Shown: positions 39,431 through 54,293 of the stretch, one piece after another
Position numbering within the stretch: the first letter of the stretch is position 1
How the letters are laid out: every line of letters begins with the position of its first letter
Assembly (NCBI GenBank): GCA_951406725.2
Contig: OX597814.1
Coordinates: 172,422,001 to 172,486,000, forward strand
Origin: Octopus vulgaris
Lineage: Eukaryota
DNA length: 64,000 nt
Reading direction: 5' to 3'
Translations under genes and position numbers: made by a program
The notes under the pieces: generated by a model
Told to the model about the DNA's origin: nothing
Databases searched by the model: none
Seen by the model: the letters and a program-made list of their open reading frames with translations, nothing else

Positions 39431-40309
39431 ATACTGTACCATGGTTTTTCTATTTCCTTTTCTACTATATATATAAATATAACGAAGCGTTAGCGCAAAG
39501 CTGTGCTTAGGTATGAGCAGAATTTAGGCTAGTTGAAATATGTTTGTGACACATTTCAACTGCTAAAATATACTGCAGTTACAGTGAAAAATAAGTCACT
39601 CTTATGGTAAAAGGTGTGAAAACACCGATTCGTTCAATGTCGCCATCTATCAGGCATCACAGACATCGATGTTTCGAGCTATTTTGGCTCCTGTTAATGA
39701 CAAAGGTAACTCGAGCGATCTATTAGCGCAAATCATCTAGCAACAACAACAACAATACCAACAGCAATAACAACAGCAACAACAATAACAATAAATATAT
39801 AAATTCATCACAGCTGAAACACCATTGAATTCAAGGCTGCGCTAACAGAGTTGACCTGGGATTAAACAGCACTTTCACAACAATCACCATGAAGTCCGGA
39901 CTAAAACCTGAGAAAGGTGAGCAAACAAGTGAGTCCCTACGTAGTCATTAGACCTGCTAAATACTCAAAACAACCCTAGTACTTCCATTAGATAATGTGG
40001 TCCTAGGTTTTCAGCATATATGGTGAGTGAAGTGAGGGAGGAAAACAAAGCTGTGGTGTTCAACGCTAGAAATAGTAAGTCTGCGGAATCAAGGCTGACC
40101 TGGAGCTATACAACAACACCCGTGTCACAACACTACCACTACAATTACAAGAACCACAGCCTCGACTACCATCAACACGAACACCACCAAAACCAACTCC
40201 AACACCACTGCAACCCAGACCACCACAGCAACCCAGACCACCACCAGCAACAACGCTTCAACCATCATCACACCTTAGTGATGACGATGGGGGTGGATGA
40301 ATGGTGCTA

Positions 40310-40690
40310 TGAAAGGTAGTGGTGGTGGTCGTGGCAACAGTGGCGGTGATGGTTGTAGTGGTGGTAGTGGAAGTGGTGGTGGTGGTGGTAGTGGTGGTGG
40401 TAGTAACAGTGGTGGTGATAGTTGTAGTGGTGGTGGTGGTGGTAATAGTGGCGGTGGTAGTGGAAGTGGTGATAGTGTTTGGTGGTAACAGTGGCGGGAT
40501 AGTTGTAGTGGTGGTGGTGGAAGTGGTGGTGGTGGTGGTGGTGGTAACAGTGGCGGTGATGGTATTAGTGGTGGTACTGGAAGTGGTGATGGTGGTGGTG
40601 GTGGTGGGGGTTGTCATCGTCGTGGCGGCGGTGATTGCGGTGGTGCTGGTTGAGGTGTGGAGATTGTGGTGGTGGTCGTCATCGGGGTGA
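40310..40690. repeat. Degenerate (GGT)n tract with higher-order units
   Basis: aacagtggcggtgat..gttgtagtggtgg..ggaagtggt recurs several times. Confidence 0.9.
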
Positions 40691-40996
40691 AGGTGGTGAA
40701 TGGGTGACGGGTGGAGTGGGAACGGAGTGTGCTTATCGGTTAAAGAGGTGGGAAAAGCGGAGATTATTGTGATAGGGGTGAGTATATGTGGTATTCATGA
40801 TGGTGGTAGTGGTGGTGGTGGTCGTAGTGAGGTTGGCGATGATGGTTAAGTTGCTGCTTGTAATGGATAGCTTCTTGATGGCGTTGGCGGAAGTTGGGAC
40901 CGCGGGCAGTGGGTATAGGGTGGAGTGAAGGCGTTGGGACATGAAGAAGGCGCCATCGCTACAGAAAGGTTTCAGCATCAAAAACTAACACGCTGT

Positions 40997-41075
<79 letters not shown>

Positions 41076-41425
41076 TGTGTGTCTGTGTGTGTGTGTGTGT
41101 GTATGTATATGTACGTTTGTATGTATCTAGGTGTCGTGTATGTATATTTTTATGTATACATGTATGCGTGCATGTATGTATATATGTATGTGTGTATATG
41201 TATGTGTGTGTATGTATGTATTATGTATGTGTGTATGTCTGTATGTATATGTGTGTGTGTATGCAGACGCGTGCACTCGTTTTTATGGGACCGTTTGTGG
41301 ATAGATAAATCTAAAATGCATACATATACAAAATTACATATAGGATAAACAAGAATACACACACACACACACACACATACAAACATACAATCATATGTGT
41401 GTGGCGTGTGTGATAAAGTGTGTGC

Positions 41426-41463
<38 letters not shown>

Positions 41464-41530
41464 GTATATATAGAGGTAGATATATATATATATATATATA
41501 TATGATAAACAGATAGATCGACAGACAGAC

Positions 41531-41622
<92 letters not shown>

Positions 41623-42587
41623 GGATAGACAGATAGATAGACAGATAGATACACACGTGGAAACACACACACAAACACACACACTGCAAATAAATGGATA
41701 TAGATATGTAAACTATCAAATACACTGTAGTCTGTGTATGTGTGTGTATATACATAATTAATGCACACACATAAATATACATTTCTAAGTATGTATGTAT
41801 GTGCAGAATATATCAATATTACTTTGTAGCCTTTTGTATATTCGTGTGTGTGTGTGTGGGCGTTTGCATGTGTGTGTAAATGTGTATGTGTATATGACCG
41901 CATGCAAGCCATGTGCCATTAGAATCGACGGTGATATCGAATAATGTGTGGAGCAGCGGATTAAGGGGTGGGCAGAGAGTTTTTTTCCCTCTTACTTCCC
42001 TCCCACCCTCCCTCTACTCACCTCTAGCATCACTTATATCTTATTCTTACCGCCCCCACCACTACTACCTAACCAACCAAACCATCTACCTTCTTTTCTA
42101 TTTCCTTTCAACCATTTCTAGCCTCGCACCACCACCACCACCACCACTACCACCACTACCACCACCACCACCAACGCCATGGCCGTCCTCCATTCGCTCT
42201 ACAGTCGTCGCTTTGGCCAGAACAGCTTCGCCACCCAGATGCTGGCCATATCGGGTTTCACCTGGAGAAATTGGTGTAGAGGTTTCTCCTCTCACCGGAA
42301 GTCACCACAACTGTCCCGTCCATATCTTTCTTTTACAACTGTTCTATTTCAGTTTCACACTATTAACAATAGGCGACATTTCCTTCCCGTCCGTCCCCAT
42401 CTTCTCCTCATCTCCTTTGCTCTGTTCTCTTCATGTTGTTGTTGTTGTTGTCTCTTTTTGTTACTTGTTTTTGTCTTTTATGATTTTTTTGCTCTGTGTC
42501 TTTGTTTACAACTTTTCAGTGTCTTGTTTTGTTCTACGCGCCATTGTGTGTGTGTATGTATGTGTGTACACAAACGTATATTCATAT

Positions 42588-42752
42588 AGGCGCAGGAGTG
42601 GCTGTGTGGTAAGAAGATTGCTTCCTAACCACATGATTCTGGGTTCAGTCCCATTGCGTGGCACCTTGAGCAAGTGTCTTCTACTATAGCCTCGGGCCGG
42701 CTAAAGCACAGTGAGTGGATTCAGTAGACGGAAAGTGAAAGAAGCCCGTCGT

Positions 42753-42805
<53 letters not shown>

Positions 42806-42817
42806 TAATCCAAACGG

Positions 42818-42859
<42 letters not shown>

Positions 42860-43126
42860 GCGTGTGTACGCATGTATCTGTGTATGTTTGTCCCCCACCA
42901 TCGCATGACAGCCGATGTTAGTGTGTTTACATCCTCGTAACGTCGCGGTTTGGCAAAATAGACTGATAGAATAAATACTGGGCTTACAAAGAATAAGTCA
43001 CAGTCTAATGACCGAAAGAAGTAAAATAATAAAGAATACCCGATCGCTATTCCACTTAAACACATCGACGCGGTGCCCCAGCATGGCCGCAGTCCAAAGA
43101 CTGAAGCAAGTTATAAATAAAAGTAA
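42588..43126 (+). mobile_element. SINE family A, full length
   Basis: aggcgcaggagtggctgtgtggtaag head through tail. Confidence 0.9.
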
Positions 43127-43214
43127 TACATATGCGAGCATTGAACCTTCTTGAAAGAGTCGCCAAATATCCCACAAATTAAACTCTTTCTGTCTAAAAA
43201 AGAACATACATTAG

Positions 43215-43525
43215 TCTCTACTCTTTTACTTGTTTCAGTTATTTGACTGCGGCCATGCTGGAGCACCGCCTTTAGTCGAGCAAATCGACCTCAGGACTTA
43301 TTTTTTGTAAGCTTAGTACCTATTCTATCGGATTCTTTTGCCGAACCCCTATGTTACGGGAGTGTAAACACACTAGCATCGGTTGTCAAGTGATGTTGGG
43401 TGGACAAACGCAGAAACACAAACATATATATACACACACATGCATATATATATATATATATATATACATTCAGTTTCCGTCTACCAAATCCACCCACAAG
43501 GCTTTAGTCGGCCTATGGCTATAGT
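43215..43525 (-). mobile_element. SINE family A, 5'-truncated
   Basis: Reverse complement of family A 3' two-thirds. Confidence 0.88.
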
Positions 43526-44130
43526 ATAATTTTATATAATACTTTGCGTCGGTATCATCGTCCTAATAACGCAAAATACCGACTCATTAGGTTGATGTAT
43601 AAAATCCATTTGCTAGATTTCGTTCAAGATGTTTTTATCACTTATTTTGTGTATCATTGTTAAGACAAATTCAAATTAGCCGGTCAAGAAATAGGATGTA
43701 TCGATTAACTTGATTAATCAATTTTTGCTGTATTAGTACAATGATATCGACGCAATATATATTAACAATAATAATATAATAACATTCTTCCGATAAAATC
43801 TTAATGAAACAACTGTAGAATTATATAATAAAACCATTTACTCACTTGTTATATATGTAAGTATATATGTGCATGTGTGTGTCTGTGCATCATATCTTTA
43901 TATACACAGAGTAGATGGGCAGGCGGATATTAATCAAAGCATTTATTGATATATAAATATGAATATAAATATAATTAAGCAATAATTAAATAAATAAATA
44001 ACAAGAAATAAGGATAGTGGGGATTCATGGTATCCTTCTTAGATAGGTTGATATACTGAAAGTTCACACTCTAGCATCAAAGATATAAAATAAGGAGGAT
44101 CCGAGTAGGCCTTTATAGTAGTTATCCGGA

Positions 44131-44296
44131 AAGGAGTGGCTGTGTGGTAAGTAGCTTGCTTGCCAGCCACGTGGTTCCGGGTTTAGTCCCACTGCGTGGC
44201 ACCTTGGGCAAGTGTCTTCTACAATAGCCTCGGGCCGACCAAAGACTTGTGAGTGGATTTGGTAGACGGAAACTGAAAGAAGCCCATCATATATAT

Positions 44297-44352
<56 letters not shown>

Positions 44353-44597
44353 GTGTGTGTGCGTGTGTGTGTGTGTATGTGTGTGTGTATACGTTTGTGC
44401 GTCTGTGCTTGTTCCCCCCAACATCGCTTGACAACCGATGCTAGTGTGTTACGTCCCCGTAACTTAGCGGTTCGGCAGAAAAGACCGATAGAATAAGTAA
44501 TAGGCTTACAAAGAATGAGTCCTGGGGTCGATTTGCTCGACTAAAGGCGGTGCTTCAGCATGGCCACAGTCAAATGACTGAAACAAGTGAAAAGAAG
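44131..44597 (+). mobile_element. SINE family A, full length
   Basis: Aligns with 57747-58160. Confidence 0.92.
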
Positions 44598-45084
44598 GTT
44601 AATGTTATCATTCCAATTTCACTAATAAGAGAGAGCAGAATACGGGTTATTCCTTACAGTTTTTCTGTGTGAGGTGCTCAAAAGTGCACTACTGGGTGAT
44701 GTATGGACATAAACATGAAGTAGATTGGTGTTAGCTAATGTTCATGAAATAGCATACGTTTCAATTATATAAAACACTCACCCCATATCTTAAAATAATA
44801 ATAATGAAATTATTGTATACAGAGCCCAGGTGCACCACAAAGAATAGTTGAACACAAAACGTAAAACCTGGAATTAAATATTGAAACGTATATTTCCAAC
44901 GTGCTAAGGATTCCTTCTGGACTCTGTTTATATGTGGCTGAGTATGTGTGTCTAACTGTGTGTGTCACTGTGTGTCTGTGTGTTATTGTGTGTGTGTGAG
45001 TGGATGTGTGTGTATGCGTTAGCGTATGTGCGTGTATGTGTTTGTGTCGACGTATGAGCGTGTCTGTCTTTGTGTGTATGTGTG

Positions 45085-45260
45085 TGTGTGTCATTGTATG
45101 TGTGTGTGTGTGTGTCATTGTATGTGTGTGTGTGTCATTGTATGTGTGTGTGTCATTGTTTGCGTGAGTGTCATTGTTTGTGTGTGTGTCATTGTTTGTG
45201 TGTGTGTCATTATTTGTGTGTGTGTCATTGTTTGTGTGTGTCATTGTGTGTGTGTTATCG
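45085..45260. repeat. About 18-bp minisatellite (gtgtgtgtcattgtttgt-like)
   Basis: Direct reading. Confidence 0.85.
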
Positions 45261-45694
45261 TGTGTGTATGTTATTGTGTATGTGCGTCTTTCTGTGTGTG
45301 TGTATGTGTGTGTGTGTGCGTGTGTGTATCTGTGCACTGTGTCCATTTGTAAAATGCCAGTCATTTTTTTCATAAATTCTCTATTCTTCGCTCTTTCGTT
45401 TACTTTCAATTTCTTTCAACATCTTTACATTATCTCCGATTCTTTATATTTTATTTTCATTTCCCTTTTAAACCTTTAAGTTGGTCTTTCATTTCACTTT
45501 TACATCTCCTTTTCATCTTTTCTTTCTACTCTGCCAGTCACCTTTCTATTTTTTTCCTATCTTTTTTTTATGGAAATGTTTTACTCTATAAAAATTTCGC
45601 CTACGCTCTTACGATTATCAGCATCGTCGTCGTCGTCGTCGTCGTCGTCATCGTTCTCAGCTTCCTCCTCATCATTATATCATCATCCTCCTCC

Positions 45695-45749
<55 letters not shown>

Positions 45750-45927
45750 AATCAGCAACAATGGCTACAACAGCAACAACAACAACAGCAATAACAAACC
45801 ATTTTCGCGCCAGCAGTAATTTATATTAACAATATTAGCATTAGCGAATTCATCTCCATTAATATATAAATTACCAATCTCATTAGTACGACAGCCATCA
45901 TCTCCATTACTACTGCCGCTGCTCCAT

Positions 45928-45969
<42 letters not shown>

Positions 45970-46529
45970 AAATACTGAAATGTTAATTTTAAAAATGAGT
46001 CAACGACAAAACTTCTGTGCGGTCGTTCATCCTGCAGGCAAATCTCCCTCAAGCCATCATCCGGTACTCTGAAAACAAGCAAACGTTAGACGATGTGACA
46101 CAAAGTATACAGGGCAAAAAAAAAAAAAAAGAAAAAGAAAGGACAAGATGATCATGGTTAGAAGGCCTTGGGTTATACATCTGCTGGATTACGGTTAACT
46201 TTGCTCTAAGCAACGACATAAATAAAAGAAAATGTATACAACTTCTTTGAATATATAACCATGTATTCCCGTAAATAAGTGATGAAAATTTGAAGATACA
46301 TAGACAAAATTGTATCTCAGAAATTTTATTTATTACATAACTATTATTTGTACGTGATCAACTGGAACGGTGAGGCATATTGGTCTTATGCTATGACTTC
46401 CGTTTGACTCAAAATATTTGCGTCATGGTGAATGGCACATATTCTAAGAAAACTTCAAACGGTAGTACCCCAACATGACCACAGCTTTAAAGCTAAAACA
46501 CTTTAAAGAATTTAAAGAAAATTCACAAC

Positions 46530-47020
<491 letters not shown>

Positions 47021-47139
47021 TAGTTGTTATGCCAAAAGCAACTTAAATCTTAGATATCTAGAAAATGTGAGCATCAAAGGCCTTTGGGGAATTTTTTCTT
47101 TTTTTCTTTATCTTTTTCTATTTTTTTTTTTAAGTTTAG

Positions 47140-47390
47140 CAAGAATCCACCAGCCAGCAAATGGTGCCGAAGAAGACCAGTGGAAAATATAGCAAGGCAA
47201 ACTTTGAATAAGAATCGAGAGAGGAAAAGACAAGTAGGACACTTGGGATCACGTTGGAAGATCGAGAGAAGCGGAATTCAAGTTGACGGAGATGACATGG
47301 AACCAAGAGTAAAGAATGGGTACTGCAGAGAACATGTTGGAAAATTGTTGTGGAAAATCTGTTTCACCAGGAATCCAGACTTTAGTTAAT
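47140..47390 (+). mobile_element. Decayed RTE-like LINE ORF 3' end
   Basis: Frameshifted RKRQVG..RW..ER..MTWNQ..RT.WKIVVENL, resembling the RTE C-terminal GKR..GRP..TW..W..LC pattern. Confidence 0.45.
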
Positions 47391-47525
47391 TAATATTCAG
47401 TTCATTTCTAGGCGGCGAGCTGACAGAATCGTTAGCACACCGGGCAAAATGCTGCATGTGTGTGTGTGTGTGTGTGTTTGTGTGTGCTTTGGTAGGCTGA
47501 ATTTATTCGCATATTTCTGTATATT

Positions 47526-47745
47526 AAGGCGGCGAGCTGGCAATATCGTTAGCACATTGGCTAAAATGATTCAAGGCGTTTTGTCTGTCTTTAAGTTCTG
47601 AGTTCAAATTCCGCCGAGGGCGACTTGGCGTTTCATCCTTTCGGGGTCGGTAAAATAAGTCCCAGTTGAACAATGATATTGATGTAATCGACTTAACACC
47701 TACCCCAAAACTGCTGGCTTAGTGTTCAAATTTGAAATCAATATT
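47526..47745 (+). mobile_element. SINE family B (an extra head at 47410-47455 and a diverged minus copy at 47850-48030 nearby)
   Basis: aaggcggcgagctggc...tttcatcctttcggggtcggtaaaataag. Confidence 0.85.
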
Positions 47746-48474
47746 TAGCTCATTTTATCTTACATTTCACCTCTATATATTTTTGCAAATTTTTTTCTCG
47801 GTGAACAAACGGGAAATGTATAAAAGAATTTCTGTACTGGCACGAGGAAGTAACAAACTCTGGGAATAGAAGAGTTGATCGAATCGGCATAAGAGATTAA
47901 CTTGTACTTATTTTGTATACCTCTGAAGTTGACCTTGACAAGATTTGAACTCAGAATCTAAAGAAGCGTAACTAACCACCACAAGGCATTTAGTTTTGAA
48001 ATTCGACCAAGTTTGCAAATCTACGGCCCTAACGAGGAGTGTGTATATAATGAAACTTAAGACTCCATTCTAGTGTAACGAAAGTTCTTTAAGCATAAGC
48101 ATAGTGACCCTGGACTCCATTCCGCCCATTTAGTGTATGTATTCTCCATAACTCTTTCTTTACACATTAGCTTTATAATTAACGTCTGAATTGTGATGGA
48201 TATCATTGACCAACTCATCCGTGACCAATGGATGCTCTCCAGGCATCCATGTCAATAGTACATAAGTGACAGATATTTTTAACTGAAGTGGTTTGTTACC
48301 ACGGTTGAGCACTTCTCGCTAGCCTTGTCTTTTTTGTTTTTCAGATATTTTGTTCAAATATGAAAAACGTCAATAAACACGTGTGTATCTGTGTATAGCA
48401 TATTCTTTTCCTTTCTCTCTCTCCCACTCTCTCTGTCTTTTCTCTTTTTCACTCTGTATATGCATTACTCTCTC

Positions 48475-48566
48475 CTTTTCTCTCTTTTACTTGTTTCAGT
48501 CATTTGACTGCGGCCATGCTGGAGCACCGCCTTTAGTCGAACAAATCGATCCCAGGACTTATTCTA
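48475..48566 (-). mobile_element. SINE family A, 3' fragment
   Basis: cttttacttgtttcagtcatttgactgcggccatgctggagcaccgcc. Confidence 0.88.
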
Positions 48567-48695
48567 TGTAAAAATAATAAGCAACCTTAATCAATATTTG
48601 AACCTTATTGTATTCTCATCAGAGGCATCCACATCATTCTGATATTTATTTATCTATCTATCGTCACATACGCACGCAGACACGCAGACACGCAG

Positions 48696-48757
<62 letters not shown>

Positions 48758-48788
48758 CACACACACACACATTATAAATGTAAGGCTC

Positions 48789-49402
48789 CGATCATCAACT
48801 GGTAAACCGAGCCTAGGTTTCTCTTGAATATCCATTGTCTGAATATCTCTTTAAATATGAATTAAAAGTGTGAAGAAAGCGCTTATCCTTATGTTCTTTC
48901 GTTTAAAAATCTGGTTCTCGTGGTAATATTTTTATTACCAGAAACGAAATCAAAAGCGTGAGCATGAAGCAACCGTTTCTGTACGCCTGTGCGTGTTGTT
49001 CACGATGGTTTTTTAAACGAAAGGACATAAAATAAAGATAAGCTTTGGTTCTGTATCTGGTTTGCAACATTCTTTATGTGGATTCGTGTGTTGAAACAAA
49101 TTTTGTTGTGTCTGGGGAGAATCATCATGCCAATATAATTAACCCACGCATTGGTTCAATTCCACTCATTTGTTATGAGTCAATTGGTTAAATATCAAAC
49201 TAATTGATTGTTTGTTTAACAAATCGACCGTTTGTTAAACCAATGCGTGTTTTAATAATATTGGCATAATGACTTACCCCAGACTCAACATAATAAGGAT
49301 AAGCATTTCCTTCAACCCTTCATTTCATATTTCAAAGGTTATTCAAACAGTGGATATTTAGAAAAAAAAAAAACAGGATCGGGGCTTACTGGCTGATGAT
49401 CG
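48789..49402. repeat. About 610-bp imperfect foldback element
   Basis: Outer arms cgatcatca..aatatccattgt..gcttatcctta / taaggataagc..acagtggatatt..tgatgatcg; inner arms gtctgggga..tgccaatat..cacgcattggtt / aaccaatgcgtg..atattggca..ccccagac. Confidence 0.85.
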
Positions 49403-49552
49403 CAAATGAACAACTCTGAAAATGTGAAATTGGAGACTTTCAATTATAATTCATTAAAGGATTCTTTACATTTGCACTGAATCCTCTAATTTATCACTTC
49501 TGGTGAATCAACAGAGATACATACATACATACATAGATACATACATACATAC

Positions 49553-49735
49553 ATTCAAGATTAATCAGCCGAAATTGCAAGGATGATCCGGTTCTTGACT
49601 GAGGATAAAAATCTTCGAATGACCCGTCCTTGTTTTTTTGTATCGTCTATCTGGATGTTTTGTTGTCTCTTTTTGTATCACCTAGTTGTCCGGATGTTTT
49701 GCGTTCTTGTCCCATTTTGTTTTTTTTATATTTTA
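49553..49735 (+). mobile_element. PLE pLTR-like repeat fragment; longer minus copy at 51924-52465
   Basis: cagccgaaa.tgcaa.gatgatc...ctgagga...tctggatgttttg...gtcccatttt shared in opposite orientation; both sit in TA-rich microsatellites. Confidence 0.6.
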
Positions 49736-50853
49736 TACATACATACATACATACATACATGTGTGCGTGTATACATACATGCATACAAATATATACACAT
49801 GTTTAATTTGACTATAACATAGGTATTTAGATTTCATTTAGATACATATCTTTGAGCGGCTCTAAAAATATTTAGATATTTATTTACTGATACAACAATG
49901 AACAAGTTTCATAGCAACCATCGCAGACTAAAAACAACAATCACCAGTAATAAACGTAAATGTCCAAGTATAAGAAATACATGATGGAAATTTAATTTCT
50001 TTAGTGGATTGACAGAATAAGCTAAGCGAAAATAATAAATACTTAGTCGTATTCAGTTACTTCTCTTAATCTTCTGGGATCACATCCTGTCGAGACTAGC
50101 TTCCTTTTTCGTCCTTCTGGGATCGATTTAATCGACTGTATCCATTACAACAAATTTCTGGATGTGTGCCGATGTTAGAGATTTCTATTTTTGTGTTATT
50201 TATACAAAGGCAATGCAGGCCAAAGTCGGTAGAGCAGTATACAGCCTGTCTTGTGATATTTATTTATATTTCCATTATGCTCTCTCATTGACACTGATCC
50301 TACTGGGATCAGTTTGTGGCTTCGTCCTTAATATTAGAAATCATTAATTTGGCGTCACATAGAGCTCAATACAACGGCTCAGTAAATTCATTTCACTGAA
50401 TTTTAATTTACATATTTTTTTTGCATGGTGACATCTTTGAAATAATATTAAATGCGTAACAGGTTTATATCTAATGGTTTTTAGGTGGTGTTCTTTGGCT
50501 TGGGACAAATCTAAAACAAATGTCAGTTGTAATTGTTTTCGCGGGCAGTAAGGACTATAAGTCTACGGAAGCAGAATTACATAGACCAGACTTACACGTG
50601 ATTTCTGATGGGGAAACCTGTTATAACATTCTTTACATACACACACACACGACATGCTTCAGTTTTGCGTCTACCAAATCCACTCACAAGACTTTGGTTG
50701 GCCCAAAGCTCTAGTACAAGACACTTGCCCAAGGTACCACGCACCCCAAACTATGTGGTTGGGAAGTGAATTTGTTATCTATATATACATGTGTGTGTGT
50801 GCGTGTGTGTCTGTGTATATACACACACTCACACATAGATACATATAGACATC

Positions 50854-50941
<88 letters not shown>

Positions 50942-51732
50942 TCTGAGTATAAACATTTAGAATTATACGCATTAAAAATTATACATACATAAAGCGTCAA
51001 TAGTTAACCAATAAAGTGATATTTAAGTGTCGAATTTGCAGAGTCATTACAGAGTAGAGCAAAATGTGAAGCAGTATATGTTCCATCCGTCTGCAATCTG
51101 GGCTTAAATTCTACCGAACTCAACTTAACCTTTCAGGTAAGACAAAACAAAGTACCCCTACAGAGAGGTGGATTGGTGCAATTGTTAGAGCTTCAAATGA
51201 AATGCTTTAAAGAAATGTTTTCTGATGATAGATTCTACGTCCTGAATTCAAATCCCGTCGGGATTATTTTTGCCTTTCATTCAATCGGGGTCGTGAAAAT
51301 ATTGTACCAGTATTTGGGCCGATTTCTCCCCTCAAAAATTGATGGCCCTTTGCCCAAATCAGAAGCCGTTATTTTGCGTTATTAAGGCAGAATCGGCAGT
51401 GTTTGAAATACTGACCTGCGGCATTTGTTCTGGCACTCTACACTCCCAGTTCAACAATGGCTTAAATCAACAAATAGCTCATGAATGCTCTTAGCAAAGT
51501 TCACTTTGTGCACGCATTCAAGACAAATCTTTTAACTAACGAGACTTAGTTAATCTGGTAAAAAAACGGTTAGGAAACGGTTTTTTTTTTCTTTCTTGCA
51601 GATACTCAGAAACATGAATCTACAAATAAATTAGCTTTGGTTCCAAGCTATAGTTAGTACTCAAAACCCAGCAAGATAAAAGTAAATCAAGACCCACCAT
51701 TTAAGTGACTTGGACTTGTGTTTCCATACCAT

Positions 51733-51892
51733 AGGCTCAGGCGTAACTGTGTGGTAAGAAGCTTGCTTCCCAACCACATTGTCCCGGATTCAGTCCCATT
51801 GCGTGGCACCTTGCGCATGTGTCTTCTGCTCTTGGCTTGGGTCGATCAAAAACCTTGTCAGTAGATTTAGTGGACGGAAACTGAAAGAATCC

Positions 51893-51925
<33 letters not shown>

Positions 51926-52507
51926 AGAATACAAAAAATGGGACAAAAACGCAACAGGTGACAACAAAACATCCAGACAGATGATACAAAAAGGGACAAG
52001 AAAAAACAAGATCGGATCATTCGGGATTTTCTTTCCTCAGCCGAGTTCCAGATCATCTTTGCAGTTTCGGCTGGTTATACTCCAGACTGCTCCAATCTGG
52101 CCAGCCCCAAGGTAAATCTAAGCTAAGAGCACTAGATTCTTTGGAAGAAAGCAGCGAATGTATACGAAAACAAGAACGGAAGAAAACGGAGAAATGGTAC
52201 ACAGATACAAATGCAAACAACAGGGGTCTTTCGACTAAGGACGAATCAAATTAAGTTGGCGTGCGTGGAAGTGACGCTTAACGGCAGGGGCATAAGAGAT
52301 AACAGGCGTGGGAAGGAATATAGATGTTGCACGGATGGTAGTCGAACCAAAAATGAAGGGTCAGTCTTGGCGGAACACCGGTTACGTGGAAGGAGAGGAG
52401 ATAGGCAGAGGCAGAGGGATAGAAGAATTAAAGAGGGAGAGAAAGAAGGAAAAATATGAAAAGGACATATATATATACATACATACAAACATACATACAT
52501 ACATACA

Positions 52508-52539
<32 letters not shown>

Positions 52540-52775
52540 CATGTGTGTGAGTGAATGTTTGTCCCCTATCACCACTTAAGAGCTGGCGTTAGTGTGTTTA
52601 CGTCCGTGTAAATTAGCGGTTCAGCGAAAGCCACAGGTAGAATAAGTGCCGGGTTTAAAATGAAAAAGTACAGGGTTAGACTCATTCGGTTGAAAATCCT
52701 TAAAATCGGTGCTCCAGCATGGCCGCAATATAATGAGAGAAAGAAGTAAAGATAAAAGATAAAAAATAAAAGATA
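51733..52775 (+). mobile_element. SINE family A split by an insertion (51924-52465) in its central TA tract
   Basis: Head 51733-51896, tail 52550-52775, foreign repeat between. Confidence 0.75.
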
Positions 52776-53220
52776 GGTTGAGACGTAAATCAAAGGGATA
52801 TAAATTATCGTGAGTTTTCTTTAGTTTAAGCTTAATGATATCTTATTTACTGTATACAAGATTTATTCATTAAATTTTACTTCTTGTACTAGTTTCAATC
52901 ATTGGACAGCAACCGGAAGTGGCAACTTCCTTTCTCGATTTTAATGAATTACTTCTGTTCACAGAATTTTGGTCAGAACACATTTTATCGCCCTTATCTG
53001 GAGTGAAATATAAAGACGACTTTTGTGCAAGTGTATGAAATACTCCCAGATCTAAACAACACAATGTTTCTAATCAAAGCGCAAGTTGAAATTGATTAGT
53101 AAGACAACACGCACGCACGCTCACATGCACGCACACGCTCACACACACACACACACATACACACATATCACACAATGTCATCGTTATATCTTTTCACTAT
53201 ACATACGTACGTATATATGC

Positions 53221-53280
<60 letters not shown>

Positions 53281-53319
53281 GAATACATACACATACACAT
53301 ATATACATATTTATGTATG

Positions 53320-53370
<51 letters not shown>

Positions 53371-53384
53371 GTGTGCAGACTTTT

Positions 53385-53547
53385 TTCGTGGTAAGAAGCT
53401 TGTTTCTCACCAAAATAGTCCCAGGTTCAGTCCCGCTTTGTGGCACATTGGCCATGTGCCTTCTACCATTGTATCGAGTCGACCGAGGCCTTGCGAATAG
53501 ATTTGGTAGACGGAAACTGAAAGCAGCCCGTCGTGTGTGTGTGTATG

Positions 53548-53583
<36 letters not shown>

Positions 53584-53830
53584 TAGATAAACTTAGATAA
53601 GTTTATATATATATATATATATATATATGTATACATATATATATACACACATATATTTATATATATATTTATTTATTTATGCATGTATGTGTTTATTTGT
53701 ATTTGTGTTTGATCCACTACCTCCACGCCATCTTTTGACAACCGATGCTGGTGAGTTTATGTCCCCGTAACTTAACTGTGCGACAAAATAACCCGATAGA
53801 ATAAGTGCTAGGCTTACAAAGGCTAAAAGA
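53385..53830 (+). mobile_element. SINE family A, diverged
   Basis: gtggtaagaagcttg..ggttcagtccc..gatttggtagacggaaactgaaag..gacaaccgatgctgg. Confidence 0.85.
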
Positions 53831-53854
53831 ATATATAATATATATGTATGTATT

Positions 53855-53887
<33 letters not shown>

Positions 53888-53898
53888 TTGTGTGGGTG

Positions 53899-53984
<86 letters not shown>

Positions 53985-54111
53985 TGATGGATTCTTCCAT
54001 CGAAGCATTTTACCGAACGGCCTGCAGAAATGGTTCGTTTATCGCGATTAAATTGTACGATGTCTGAACAGGTGCACTGTGTACCACGCGTCAGGTGTCG
54101 AAGTGATCGAA

Positions 54112-54230
54112 GAGCAACGTGAGACGAAGCGTTTTGTTCAGGAACACAACGTATCACCTTAATCTAAGAATTGAAATTATTAACGCTAGATCGTGAGTGC
54201 AACACACTAACCACTCAGCCATGTGCCCTC
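54112..54230 (-). mobile_element. SINE family C, 5' part
   Basis: Reverse complement gagggcacatggctgagtggttag...gttgtgttcctgaacaa. Confidence 0.7.
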
Positions 54231-54241
54231 AAAGACACACA

Positions 54242-54293
<52 letters not shown>

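Noticed and set aside
41913-42689. 258-aa ORF with a poly-Pro run
   Set aside because: Built from CCA repeats, low-complexity DNA and a SINE head, with a GTG start
52030-52115. GGCTGG/CCAGCC-GAAA stem with a nearby CTGAGGA (also near 49567-49635)
   Set aside because: CUGANGA is absent where required and the alternative permutation lacks helix II pairing; structured, but not callable as a hammerhead
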